A DNA stretch of 63,106 bases, the filler included, from Octopus bimaculoides (taxonomy: Eukaryota): NCBI RefSeq assembly GCF_001194135.2. It is 5 parts of 4 records of this genome, joined end to end, with 100 filler letters (N's around TTAATTAATTAA, not from the genome) between each part and the next. Parts side by side here need not be neighbours in the genome. Positions count along the whole stretch, not along the records: positions 1 to 23,122 come from NC_068984.1; 4 more parts are not named here. One strand, given 5' to 3'. The translations under genes were made by a program, and so were the position numbers. Under the pieces are notes generated by a model. It made no database searches. It had not been told where the DNA came from and was given only the letters and a program-made list of their open reading frames with translations. Below, in pieces: positions 1 through 12,762 of the stretch. The number at the start of each line of letters is the position of its first letter. The stretch's first letter is position 1.

Positions 1-324
1 TATATATATATATATATATATATTTGAGCGGTTTTCCTGTCGGTTGTACTCCAATCTTTAGCTATAAATGTCACATCAGATTTCTCACAACAGAAATTGA
101 ACTTGCGAAGTTTATTATGAACAAACAATATAAGTTATTCCGAATGACAGTTATTCTTGAATTCTTAATAGCTCTGACGATATTAGATGTTCGTTTAAAT
201 AGAAAGCAGAATACGGAATATAGATAAACTCCAGCTAGGCGTACCGTTCAGTATGACTGCAGTTTCTCGTTGAAACCATTTTGTTTCATTTGTGTCAATA
301 ATGGAAAAAGCATGATCTTAGATA

Positions 325-469
325 TGGCTGTGTGGTAATAAGCTTCCTTCCCAACCACAGCTTCGAGTTCAGTTGCACTGCATGGCACTTTGGGCAAGTG
401 TTTTAGCGCCGGTCCGACCAAAGCCTTGTGAGTAGGTATGATAGACGGAAACTGAAAGAAGCCCGTCTG
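325..469 (+). mobile_element. tRNA-derived SINE, family A, 5' half
   Basis: A-box TGGCTGTGTGG, B-box-like GAGTTCAGTTGC, then CACTTTGGGCAAGTG...GACGGAAACTGAAAGAAGCCCGTC, ending in (GT)n. Near-identical copies recur through the window. Confidence 0.85.
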
Positions 470-472
470 ATG

Positions 473-508
<36 letters not shown>

Positions 509-712
509 NNNNNNNNNNTTCCTCCCTTTGTTTCTCCCTCTACCACTCTCTCTCTCTCTCCCTTACCCTACATGGTCACATGCTTCCGGTCACTAATCCT
601 TTTCTTCCTTGACTATCGCCGAGCAAGCACGCGAACTTACTTCGTCCCCACTTTCAAGTTCGTGCCTCACAGCGTTCATATACACATAATTTTTCACGTC
701 TGGCCGCATGGC

Positions 713-799
713 CTTTTCCGTTTGTTTTCCTGTCTTGTTTTCTTTTCCGTTTGTTTTCCTGTCTTGTTTTCTTTTCCGTTTGTTTTCCTGTCTTGTTTT
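713..799. repeat. 29-bp tandem repeat x3
   Basis: CTTTTCCGTTTGTTTTCCTGTCTTGTTTT starts at 713, 742 and 771. Confidence 0.9.
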
Positions 800-1819
800 T
801 TGTCCGCCACNNNNNNNNNNNNNNNNNNNNNNNNNNNNNNNNNNNNNNNNNNNNNNNNNNNNNNNNNNNNNNNNNNNNNNNNNNNNNNNNNNNNNNNNNN
901 NNNNNNNNNNNNNNNNNNNNNNNNNNNNNNNNNNNNNNNNNNNNNNNNNNNNNNNNNNNNNNNNNNNNNNNNNNNNNNNNNNNNNNNNNNNNNNNNNNNN
1001 NNNNNNNNNNNNNNNNNNNNNNNNNNNNNNNNNNNNNNNNNNNNNNNNNNNNNNNNNNNNNNNNNNNNNNNNNNNNNNNNNNNNNNNNNNNNNNNNNNNN
1101 NNNNNNNNNNNNNNNNNNNNNNNNNNNNNNNNNNNNNNNNNNNNNNNNNNNNNNNNNNNNNNNNNNNNNNNNNNNNNNNNNNNNNNNNNNNNNNNNNNNN
1201 NNNNNNNNNNNNNNNNNNNNNNNNNNNNNNNNNNNNNNNNNNNNNNNNNNNNNNNNNNNNNNNNNNNNNNNNNNNNNNNNNNNNNNNNNNNNNNNNNNNN
1301 NNNNNNNNNNNNNNNNNNNNNNNNNNNNNNNNNNNNNNNNNNNNNNNNNNNNNNNNNNNNNNNNNNNNNNNNNNNNNNNNNNNNNNNNNNNNNNNNNNNN
1401 NNNNNNNNNNNNNNNNNNNNNNNNNNNNNNNNNNNNNNNNNNNNNNNNNNNNNNNNNNNNNNNNNNNNNNNNNNNNNNNNNNNNNNNNNNNNNNNNNNNN
1501 NNNNNNNNNNNNNNNNNNNNNNNNNNNNNNNNNNNNNNNNNNNNNNNNNNNNNNNNNNNNNNNNNNNNNNNNNNNNNNNNNNNNNNNNNNNNNNNNNNNN
1601 NNNNNNNNNNNNNNNNNNNNNNNNNNNNNNNNNNNNNNNNNNNNNNNNNNNNNNNNNNNNNNNNNNNNNNNNNNNNNNNNNNNNNNNNNNNNNNNNNNNN
1701 NNNNNNNNNNNNNNNNNNNNNNNNNNNNNNNNNNNNNNNNNNNNNNNNNNNNNNNNNNNNNNNNNNNNNNNNNNNNNNNNNNNNGTGTGTGTGTGTGTGC
1801 GTGTGTGTGTGTGTGTGTG

Positions 1820-1916
1820 TGTTCTCCACTACTGCTTGACGACCGGTGTTGTTTTGTTTACGCCTCCGTAACTGAGCAGTTATGGCCGTAGTCCAATGAC
1901 TGAAACAAGTAAGAGA
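1820..1916 (+). mobile_element. SINE family A, 3' half (internally deleted)
   Basis: CTGCTTGACGACCGGTGTTG...ATGGCCGTAGTCCAATGACTGAAACAAGTAAGAG matches the family A 3' module. Confidence 0.75.
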
Positions 1917-2189
1917 TGAAGATTCCAATTTCATTTTGCGTAAAAACATTGTGGAAGTTAAAAATTTAGTAATAACTGTCATTCGGAATGAATTTTATAA
2001 GAAACTTCACAAGTTCAACCTGTGGAAGTTAATATTGATGAGACATTTATTACTAAAAACAGTTCAACCGGCAAAAGCCCATTCGTATAAAAACAAGCAT
2101 AAATCGGCCCAAAACGCTATTTGACATCAATAAAAACTAAAAGTAAAAAAAAAGAAAAGAAAAGGTTTAATTTTGTTGTTTTTAGCGTT

Positions 2190-2760
2190 GAATCACCCCC
2201 GATCGACTGAAATTATAATAGCGGTTTCAAATTTTGGTACAAGACCAGCAATTCCGGAGCAGGGACGTAATTCGATTGCCTCAACCTCAGTGCTCAACTT
2301 ATCGTACTTATTTGAACCCGGAACTTTAAGACAGACGAAATACCACTAAGTATTCTGCCTGATGTGTTAACGATTCTGGCAGCTTGCCGCCATGAGCAGA
2401 ATTGTAATATTTATTATTATTATAGCCGTCAACATACATCTTCAAGCATTTTTAAAATTCGATCGGAAATCGTTAATACAAATAGGATGAAATGACTTGA
2501 CAAAGAATCGAACCCGTGAGGCAGGATAAGCTCGGTTAGCTGATCTGTATTGTGTGCGCATCAGGCAAAGATTTCAATCTTACATTGGTGCGAGGTAGAA
2601 AGAGAGGAACTTAATTTAATGAAATGACCTTAGTATATGACCAGTACATACTCTTTTCTACTCTAGGCACAAGGCACGAAATTTTAGATCGATCCCAGTA
2701 CGCAACTGGTACTTAATTTATCGACCCCGAAAGGATGAAAGGCAAAGTCAACCCCGGCGG
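2190..2760 (-). mobile_element. Two decayed SINE family B copies (about 2190-2395 and 2645-2760)
   Basis: Reverse-strand matches to the family B core (ACTGGTACTTAATTTATCGACCCCGAAAGGATGAAAGGCAAAGTC on +). Confidence 0.75.
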
Positions 2761-3508
2761 ATGACCATTACATATTTTAACAACCGTTAACGAATGAAAA
2801 TCAAAGAGAAATTTTAATAAAATTTGAACTTGGAACATAAAGTGCCGTAAGCAAGTCATTTAGTCAAACGTTCCACCCACTAATTCTACCCACCAATATT
2901 TGTTTACACAATAAACAATACAAGATATAGATTACGCGAGGAAGAATGTATTGAAACTAAAAAATGTGAACCGTGTAAACAAATAATTGCAAGGTTAATA
3001 AGGAAATGAGAATAATGAAGAGAACGTGAAAGAAAGAGAGAAATTAGCAACAACGACGGTAAATGGCGGGGTCATAAAGAAGTGGATGCATAAGATATAA
3101 GGAATTTTCTAGAATGTTATTTCTAACTATTATTATTTTATAGCATAGAATAACAACCAAACAGACAGCTAAACCACATTCTAATTAGTTGTTGCTATTG
3201 TGAGCCACCATCACTGATTACGTACCTCCCCATTTGTTATTCGTTTCAACAAGATATGAGTAAATTTATAATAAGGTTATGTTATTTTTTTCTTTTATCG
3301 CCCCTGTCCCCTTATTCACTAAATGAAATCTGAGAATGAGAAAATCCCTGAACCATAAAAGGCCTACTAGCACTGTTATCAGTGCTTAATTTATTCATGA
3401 GAAAATTAGTCTAATTACATGTATGAGAAAAACGATTGGAAACTGTAATTAAAAAAAACTTATTATATCCAATATTCATAAAAGACTTATAGGAATTCGG
3501 AGATAGAC

Positions 3509-3572
<64 letters not shown>

Positions 3573-4060
3573 CTACTTTGGGATGTGAACACGTCTGTAT
3601 GGAATTCAGGAATTTGGCATGTCTTAATTGTTAAGGAGTCGATATTTGGCACATGTAAAAGAATTTCATATATTATTATTTTAACCGTTGTACAAGTGAA
3701 AGCTGTGAACCAGTGCAGATGTGAAAGGAGCGGTCTAGTCCTTTGCAGCATCCAGTCATAATAAAGTTGGCAGAGCAGACTTTGTCTTTAACGGGTCTGA
3801 TATTTATAAACTAGTAGCAGTTGATACAACTACCATCCCTACCCTGTACAGAGTCCGAGAGCCACAGATGCTTGAAGACAATCAGCCGTTCAGCTGAAGG
3901 TTAAACCCTGCACAACCCGTTTCTTTCGTCTTCACAAAGCTTGTAAGATTCGGTTTTGATCACAAGCTATAAATAAATACTTTGAAGAAGTGCATTTTAA
4001 TCATATACGTAATATTGGTATTGAAAACTCATTAGTTTTTCACTAGTTTCCATTTCCCAG

Positions 4061-4084
4061 TCCAAATTTGCTGTATTCCGGGAG
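4061..4084 (+). CDS. Candidate 24-nt micro-exon (xQICCIPG) of a putative membrane-protein gene
   Basis: Pyrimidine-rich acceptor TTTCCATTTCCCAG and donor GAG|GTATGA. The phase 1-1 reading joins in frame to the exon at 4691. No homology recognised. Confidence 0.25.
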
Positions 4085-4293
4085 GTATGAGTCTTCTAAT
4101 CGCTTACTCTTCACATCCAACCAATAATCAACTGTAGAATTACAAATGTTGGGCAACGAATATTCATTAACGTTGATCTCCAAATTAATCCATGGTCATC
4201 AACAGAAATTCTGCTACTTCCTGAGGAAAAACATGGCCAACCCTTCATACGTAAAACAGAGCCAGCCTCAAAAACATTTTGGGAGTAATATAG

Positions 4294-4328
<35 letters not shown>

Positions 4329-4690
4329 ATTATTCTCTAAGAAAGTTAGATTTTGTAAATTAGCCCCTTTACAATTATTCTAACTGGTGAATTAGCAAAT
4401 TAAGGTTACAAAATGTCCCAAATCTTTAAGTGATAACAATCATAGCAGAGAACAACATATGAAACTATTACTTTTGAAGGCTCATTTTATTCCCATGTAT
4501 TTTTTCTGAGCAGTTCGCTTGACGGAAGCTAGGATGACTGTGATTCTATCTCGAAATAACTTGAGATAGATATCTCTCCACCCAGAAGACAGAGGTAGGA
4601 TCTATCTAGGGTTGATATAAATTCCACTAACGTTTGCATATCCTGGGCTTTTTGCGAATTATATCTGCAAATATTTTTGAAGTAATTCAG

Positions 4691-4764
4691 AGCCCCCAGA
4701 AACAGCTGTCGGACCTGTAACCTCATATGTTCTCCTCTTAATTTTCTGTGTCTTTGTAATCTTT
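4691..4764 (+). CDS. Candidate exon encoding a transmembrane helix (EPPETAVGPVTSYVLLLIFCVFVIF)
   Basis: Branch-point-like CACTAAC at about 4625, acceptor TTCAG|, perfect donor |GTAAGT at 4765. The 74-nt exon runs phase 1 to phase 0 and encodes a long hydrophobic run. Confidence 0.4.
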
Positions 4765-4944
4765 GTAAGTTTGCTCGGTTAATGATATAAATATTCATGC
4801 ATTTAATCATGAATATTCATCGTCTGAATATTTTCAGTCTTTGTTTTCTTTCTATTTACATGTATATATGTATGTAAAGAACGAATACATAGTGCGTATG
4901 TTTATTCGGCAAAAAAAAGAATGACCGTCTCGAAGTACAGCGAT

Positions 4945-5084
4945 ATGTCACATGTTTACATGTTTTTATAAATCATATATTAGCGCTTGCATCTACTCTA
5001 GTAGATTCTTCAGATTTGTAGAATCTACTAGAGAAGATGCAAGTGCTAATACAGGATTTATAAAAACATGTAAACATGTGACAT
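4945..5084. repeat. Inverted repeat, 65-bp arms, 10-nt loop
   Basis: 4945-5009 is the reverse complement of 5020-5084 with 4 mismatches. Confidence 0.9.
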
Positions 5085-5145
5085 GCTAATAAAAATCTGT
5101 AAATGTACAACCATCCAGATCTCTGAGTACCTTATTTTTTCTTTT

Positions 5146-5202
<57 letters not shown>

Positions 5203-5425
5203 ACGAGGGATATATATGGATATATATATATAAAATGAAAACAATCAAGTGTATTCAATAACCAAGTAAATTCAGTCCTTATGCTTAGAAAAATCAATAA
5301 TCTGGTAGATGTAATGATTGTCTGAAGACCTTTATCAACAGAATTATAGACATAATTGTTTGGCAGGAACTTTTCCTGAGTCATTATTCCGCATCAGTGC
5401 AATCAATAAAGGATTTACTTTCTAG

Positions 5426-5497
5426 TTTGTCGTCAGAGTATCGCACCATAATGGACGGGTTGATCGAAATGTCAGCTTCTCAGATGAAGAGTTCTAA
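5426..5497 (+). CDS. Candidate terminal coding exon (FVVRVSHHNGRVDRNVSFSDEEF*)
   Basis: Acceptor TTTACTTTCTAG|. Phase 0 continues the TM helix from the 4691 exon into a short polar tail; TAA at 5495-5497. Confidence 0.35.
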   Translation, partial: FVVRVSHHNGRVDRNVSFSDEEF

Positions 5498-6029
5498 GTT
5501 TCTGTTATGCCATTCCTATCAATGAAATGTGCGCTGACTGCTGGGCTAGTGGAGAACTTTATATTACAATCCTAAACAAGGTTTGCATATACATCCAGGT
5601 TCTTCTGTCTGACACTGCGTATATATCTGTTTCACTATTTCATTCACTCTGTCAGTTAAAAGTCATTCCATACACAGATATCTGTCACCGATTGCTGGAC
5701 CATATGCATATGATATCTTTTACTAGAGGAATATCATACTTGAGTAACAAAGCGAAACACAAAATAAGAATAACTACACTCAAATTTTAAAACACACACT
5801 AATGGCTCTCTTCGCAACACCATATTTACTCTAGCACTTTATCTCCAACTCCCAACTCCAACACCTTCGATTTAACCGGCATTTTAACCCTCAACAAACC
5901 TTACAACTCACTATCCACTATACTGTACAACTTGACGTATGCAATGCACGCTGCTAGGTTAATGCAGGTGATAATTGCTTCATATTTTTATATAGATTTG
6001 TTGTATTGTAAGATATCTTAATACAGTCT

Positions 6030-6556
6030 ACACACATACACGTACACACACACACACACACACACTCACAAGCTTGCACATGCACATACAGAGACATTCA
6101 CACGCGTACACGTACACACGTACATACATTGGAGCTACCTGCTGTTGTTTGCGTGTGTATGTGTATGCGCATGTGTGCAACGACATGTAATGCAACAAGC
6201 TGCATGCATGTATGAATATATACACGCACGCACAAATATACACACACTCATTTATGTAACATACATGTTTATAAATATATATATGTATGTATATGTATAT
6301 ATTTACACACATATATATATACTCATACATACGTATATAAGTATGAACATATATGCATGCGTATGTATTTATCTATATTTTTATTTATATGTATTCGTGT
6401 ATGAATGTACATAAATGTATATTCATTTATGCATATACATGTATGCATCTATAACGTATATATATACATACATACATACATACATGCATACGTATATACA
6501 TACATACATACATACATACATACATACATACAGGCATGTGTACATACATACATACA

Positions 6557-6587
<31 letters not shown>

Positions 6588-6680
6588 GCAGATATATACA
6601 TACGTAAATATACATGTATATATTCATAGATACATATAAACCTCCACCACACGTACACGTGTGTGCAGTGTGTGTTTAGC
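6030..6680. repeat. Compound (CA)n/(TA)n/(TACA)n microsatellite block
   Basis: Direct inspection; explains the HTHT/YVCM-type ORFs. Confidence 0.95.
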
Positions 6681-6964
6681 ACGCATAAGTACAGGAGAGG
6701 AGGAGACTAAAAGAAACGCAAGTGCGCAGTCGCTGCTCATTATTCCTCCAAAACAAAGTAACGCTTAAACAAACCAAACTGAAAATCACTTAAAACAATA
6801 TTATGATATATTTTTGATTTTGATTTTTATTTTCATTTCTATTTCATTTTTTTTTTTTCTCTATCTGTTTCTCTTTTCTTCTGCAAAATATGCAGCAACA
6901 GCAGCAGCTACAATGATAATAGTAAAATGAACCGTTCTGCTATGAGCACGATGCTTGATATTTT

Positions 6965-7254
<290 letters not shown>

Positions 7255-7562
7255 GACAACAGGTTCAATGTGAAAGAAGAAAAATAACTACGGCGACTTA
7301 AAGTGGAAAATACGAAGATTGTGGTCAATGAAGTGAGAAGGCGTGATACCCATAGCAATTGGTGCACTTGGAAGTATCAGCACTCAACAACCAGCATGGC
7401 TGAAAAAGATCGGTGCAAGTGTGAAGATAGAACACCTTGCAACTGCAAGAATTCTTCGCAGGGTTCTTGAAGCATGACCAGTAAACAAGTGTCGCCTTAG
7501 TCTGCTGGCTGCGGACAGCTGAAACTTTGCATCATACCCAGCAAAATAAGCTGTGAGTTTCC

Positions 7563-7605
<43 letters not shown>

Positions 7606-7889
7606 TCTTTCCACTATAGGCACAAGGCCTGAAATTTGGGGGCGGCGGATAGTCGAATACATCGACCTCAGTACTTGACTGGTGCTTAATTTATCGACCC
7701 CGAAAGTAGACAGTGAGGATTTTACACAAAACAATGACTACAGAGTTAAAACAATAGCAACATTATCAAACAAAAAGAATATAACAATGAAAGTTCCCCA
7801 ATAGTGGGGTAACCACCTGGAGTTGGCTAAGATACCCCACCAATCCTAAATCACTCCACGCTTCGAGGGCATCCGGATAGGGCATCCAC

Positions 7890-8975
7890 CTCTCTCTCTC
7901 AAATTCACTCGCCTACAGGCGCATTATTAGAGTAGGTCCACTCACACGGGCCATTTTCGCTACATTCACCCACTTTTTGGTAAATGTAGTGGGGGGTGGG
8001 ATGTAGCACTTCTCTCTCCACCCTCATCTTCCTTTCCAAATGAAATTTGTAAATGTTGATAAGGGATTGTCCGAAGAGAAAAGTGTCTGTCTTCAGTCCT
8101 TTCAACCTGGTCTACCATACAACCTCTTTCGCTGCTGCTATCAGACAGAGGAAAATTGCCTGCCTCTCTAGACCATTGGAAAGCGGTGGATCGATCTTCA
8201 CTATGGACTCGGCATAAATCCACAAGTCAATAATGCAAGGATACGGAACGAGTTCTTGCAGAACGGTTTCTTCACTTTGCGTACATCTCGGGCAGATCCG
8301 TCTGACAGCACTTCCGTGCCTGTAGAGTTTATCTCGAAACGGCAGTGCCCCCTTCCCCCGGTAGCACTGCCAAGCTAGGGATTTCTGGAAGTTATCTATC
8401 GTCCCCAGCTCGAAAGTCCTCGTGAACAAACTGATCAGTTCAACTTCGTCGACGCCTAGCGCCTCTCCGAGTGAGTTATCGCTCTTTCCCACCACTAAAC
8501 CTCTATAGAGTTCGAGAGTGGATGTTCCACTGATCGCATTGCCCGACTGGTAAAGAGCAGTAAGTGCCTGGCAACATTCCCGATGCCAGTCACCCTGTTT
8601 CGGTCTCTTCTTGACCCAGGACTGCAGCTCAGTTCAGGAGACGAGCTGGGGAAAGGCCTATTTGACAAACGGCGACCACACCTATTCACCGTTTAGGCAG
8701 AATATTTGGAGATGCCGCAGCCTCAGCGCATGTCTGCGCAATATTAGACGCGAAGAAGATAACGGACACGATGTACGCATTCACCACCTCCGCCCGACCT
8801 TTCAGTGATATTAAAAGGTCTCTCTTGATGGAGGTGCACTGCAGGCTGCAGGTGTGGCCGCGTACCTCCCGACTTTGGGGTGGGGACAGAAGGTTCACAG
8901 GTGGCTTGTGGCCTCACAGGTATTACATCTAGGCTTCCTGCTTTCCACTCCGGGTTCATCAGTTTGAACGCATTT
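7890..8975 (-). mobile_element. Tx1/L1-clade non-LTR retrotransposon, degenerate ORF2 3' part
   Basis: Minus-strand peptides LISLKGRAEVVNAYIVSVI (post-RT region) and LAWQCYR..ALPFRDKLYRHG...CPRCTQSEETV (zf-RVT-like Cys motif), with frameshifts and stops. Confidence 0.8.
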
Positions 8976-8976
8976 A

Positions 8977-9350
8977 GAGCACTACCATGCCTGTAGAGTT
9001 TATCTCAAACCAGTAATGCTCCTCGTTGCACTAATAGGCCATGGATTCCAGGAAATTATTCATAGGTTTTAGACTAAAAGTCTTCTGAAAAACAGTAGCC
9101 AGTTAATCTCGTCAGCACCCAGAGTCTCTCGCATGACGTCATCACTCTCGTATGCCACTAATTCCCTACAGAACGCCTTAGAACTTTCAGCGATTGCTTT
9201 ACTCGACTAGCAGGGAGCTGTGAGCGTCTAACGATAGTCTAGGTGCCAGGCACCCTGCCTCGGTCCATTCTTGTCAAAGAGATGAGCTATGGAGAAGTGG
9301 GGCAAACAGCGTCCACTGCTCGCCGTCAAGAAAGCGCTGGAGATGTTGCA
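8977..9350 (-). mobile_element. Second, diverged Tx1-like ORF2 fragment in tandem
   Basis: GCCTGTAGAGTTTATCTC(A/G)AA occurs at about 8317 and 8989; peptide LQHLQRFLDGEQWT belongs to the same ORF2 region. Confidence 0.6.
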
Positions 9351-9904
9351 ACATCAACAACAACGATAACGTAAGTAATAACAACATTAGTAGCAATGAC
9401 AACAATGATGACAGCGGTAATAACAACACCAGCAATGATAGTGTTGATAGCAGTAATGACAACAATTACGGCGGGAGAAATGACATCAACAACATTAGAA
9501 GCAATGTTAACAGCATCAGCTATAAATGTGTCAATAGTAATAAAAACAGACTAAGCAGAATAAGGGGATACACGTGGGATAGAAGAGTTAAAGAGGTCAC
9601 AGATATGTGACGAAAGATTTTCAGGTAATGGACCTAAGATAAAATAAGAACACTAGAAAACGATTGAAGAACGAATATATAGTGCGTGTGTTTATTTGAC
9701 AACAAAATGACCGTCCCGAAATATAACAATATCTGTTTCAACACACTATTTCACATCAGAAATCTTGCAAAACAAATTCATAAACGTAATAAAGAATATC
9801 AACAGCGGTGATAATAGTAGTAATATCAGTGTGACCAACAATGATAATAGCAGCAACAATTATTTCTTCTAATTTTGTAATTTTATTCATCTTATATTTT
9901 TATA

Positions 9905-10105
9905 ATTCTTTCTACTATAGGTACAAAACCTGAAATTTTTTTAGAGGAGGTGTTGAGTCTTTTACATTTACCCTATGGCTCAATTGGTACCTATTTCATC
10001 AGGTACCCCAAAAATATGAAAGGCAAAGTCGACCTCGGCGGAATTTGAGCTCAGAGCACACAGACGGACGGAATGCCGCTAGCGGTTCTGCCAGCTCACT
10101 GCCTT
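9905..10105 (-). mobile_element. SINE family B
   Basis: TTCTACTATAGGTACAAAACCTGAAA tail and GGCAAAGTCGACCTCGGCGGAATTTGAGCTCAG core. Confidence 0.8.
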
Positions 10106-10246
10106 ATATTTTGTAATTAAAACAGCAATATAAGCAACGGTAATGGAAGCGATATAAACGACAACAAAAATGACAGCAACAGTTATCTTGATTTGTGACA
10201 CAGTTACATAAGAAAAGGATTTTTTATGGAGCGTTGTATTTTTGTA

Positions 10247-10610
10247 GTTGGAACTCTGTCGCTTACGACGTCGAGGGTGCCAGTTGATCCGAACAGCCTG
10301 CTCGTGAAATTAACGTGCAAGTGGCTGAGCACACCACAGATACGTGTACTTTCAACGTAGTTCTCGGGGATATTCAGCGTGACACAGTGTGACAAGGCTG
10401 ACCCTTTCAATTACAGGCACAACAGAAACAGGAAGTAAGAGTGAGAGAAAGTTGTGGTGAAAGAGTACAGCAGGGCTCGCCACCATCCCCTGCCGCACCC
10501 TTGTAGAGATTTAGGTGTTTTCGCTCAATAAACACTCACAACGCCCGGTCTGGGAATCGAAACCGCGATTCTATGACCGCGAGTCCGCTGCCCAAACCAC
10601 TGGGCCATTG
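10247..10610 (-). mobile_element. tRNA-derived SINE, family C
   Basis: Minus-strand head CAATGGCCCAGTGGTTTGGGCAGCGGACTCGCGGTCATAGAATCGCGGTTTCGATTCCC (A and B boxes); highly similar to 32855-33233. Confidence 0.9.
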
Positions 10611-10815
10611 ATTTTGGTACTTGTATCGACAAAGATCAGCCGCAATTATTTCATAAAACTTCAAATGCCAGTAGCATTTGAACTCAGATATACAAATTTA
10701 AATATTATTCGTTCAATTTTATGAGAGTTCGATTTCCAGCCAAATTATAAACGATACGTTGCTTTATTACTTTCTGTACAACGCATGTGTATGTGTATAT
10801 GTATATGTGTATATT

Positions 10816-10858
<43 letters not shown>

Positions 10859-11453
10859 GTGTGTGTGTGTTAAAAGTTTCTTAAGTGTTATTACAAAGCA
10901 AATACACAATGTGATGATCATATTTGATATGTATGTAAGTTCCACAGAAATATAGAAAGAGTAACAAAAACGAGCGGGTTGACTGCTAGTGTCATTTGGA
11001 AAAATTTGTTTATATTTCGCGGCATGAAAAAATGTAAACGACAACGTTGAAGGCTACGCTCTACTTAGACTCCTGAGTCGTTTTGGTTAAACCAATCCAA
11101 AAGAAGCAAAGAATTCAGAGATGTCATCCACATGAAAAATCAATGTTAGTTAGTGTTTGCATTTTCTCTTTTCTTACATGGGACATTAAAAAGCTAACTA
11201 AAAAATAAAGTTGCTGTGACACTTATCAATAACGTAATGACTTCGCTGATAAAGTCGGAATACATCCTGAAATATACTCGGAATTGTCTCCCGTAGTTGC
11301 AAGGAAGAATAACAAATGCAATGATAGTAGTCATGGACAAATATTTTTGTTTTTTAACTGTTTTTTAATTTGCTCTTTTTCTTTTAAAGTCTTTTACCAC
11401 CTCATCTAGTGTTTTTTTTTTTTTTGCTTTTCTTTTTAATGGGTATCGTTTAT

Positions 11454-11660
11454 CTTTTACTTGTTTCAGTCATCAAACTTGCGGCCATGCTGAGGCACCA
11501 CCTTGAGGAATTTTAGTCGAATGAATCGGCCCCAATACTTACTTTTGTACTTTTAAGTCTAGCACTTATTCTTTCGGTCTCTTTTGCTGAACCCCGCTAT
11601 GCTATGGAAACGTAAACACACCAACACCGGTTGTCAAGCAGTAGTGGAGGACAAAACATA
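11454..11660 (-). mobile_element. SINE family A, 3' half
   Basis: CTTTTACTTGTTTCAGTCAT...TGCGGCCATGCTG...GTAAACACACCAACACCGGTTGTCAAGC. Confidence 0.85.
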
Positions 11661-11835
11661 CACACACACNNNNNNNNNNNNNNNNNNNNNNNNNNNNNNN
11701 NNNNNNNNNNNNNNNNNNNNNNNNNNNNNNNNNNNNNNNNNNNNNNNNNNNNNNNNNNNNNNNNNNNNNNNNNNNNNNNNNNNNNNNNNNNNNNNNNNNN
11801 NNNNNNAAGACAACAAACGGAAAATTTGACATACC

Positions 11836-11866
<31 letters not shown>

Positions 11867-11921
11867 GCGAGTAAAAATAAATACAAAAAAAGGGGGGGGT
11901 TGTGTGATTGTGTATAGAGGA

Positions 11922-12179
11922 ATATATTATTTTGTTTAAAAGAATTCCAACACTGTCTGATTTTTATGTTTTTATTTATATTCCTTGTGGTATTTCATAT
12001 TTTCTATACTTTGTAGTATTTCATCATGACCGGTATGACAGACTTTAACAGACTAAAGTCTGTCATACCGGCCATGATGAAATACTACAAAGTATAGAAA
12101 ATATGAAATACCACAAGGAATATAAATAAAAACATAAAAAACAGACAGTGTTGGAACTCTTTTAAACAAAATAATATAT
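11922..12179. mobile_element. 258-bp palindrome (126-bp arms), probable inverted pseudo-LTR of a Penelope-like element
   Basis: 11922-12047 versus 12054-12179 has 3 mismatches, loop ACAGAC. The same sequence family occurs at 43694-44045. The PLE assignment is inferred. Confidence 0.7.
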
Positions 12180-12762
12180 ATATATAACTCAAAAACTCAA
12201 AAAACGAACATATACTAAATACACAGGCGAACAGAAAACACAGGTCACCAACTCCTCTTCAGTTATTGGCCAGAGTGTCGAACAGAATTTCAGCCATTTA
12301 TATATCTATATATATATACGGGGACAAACGTTGTAGTTCAGGCTTCCACCGCTAGAAGCCACTTGATGCGACCCTCAGGCATCAGTCTGCCGACCAGCGT
12401 CGTCGGTTGAGGTCGTACTGCCATGTGGTGTGTCTTTCTTTGTCTGTCTTCTTACCCTCTTAGAGGATTTAAGCAAAATTATACAAATGTGTCCGACTTA
12501 CTAAATTAATTCTTTTTTTTTTATTATTTATGCAGCTGAGGATAGCTCTGCATTTAAATTGATGTAATGACTGCATTGTTCAATTAAATGGAGTCGCTTG
12601 AAACGGTCGTACTGCATCACTTCTGGATATCCTGTTGCTTATTTTGATTTTATTCACCTTATTTTAAAATTGTACGGATAATACTACACTAATTTTTGGT
12701 GTCTCGACTTAAGTACCTAATTCATCTGAATTACACACACACACACACATATATATATATAT

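Noticed and set aside
3570-3900. Open frames with GCEHVC (EGF-like) and SSHNKVGRADFVF... peptides
   Set aside because: Each closes in a stop without usable splice donors; could not be joined convincingly to the 4061 or 4691 exons.
12245-12300. Minus-strand CTGAAGAGGAGT as a third hammerhead
   Set aside because: The GAAA half is missing; at most a decayed PLE remnant.
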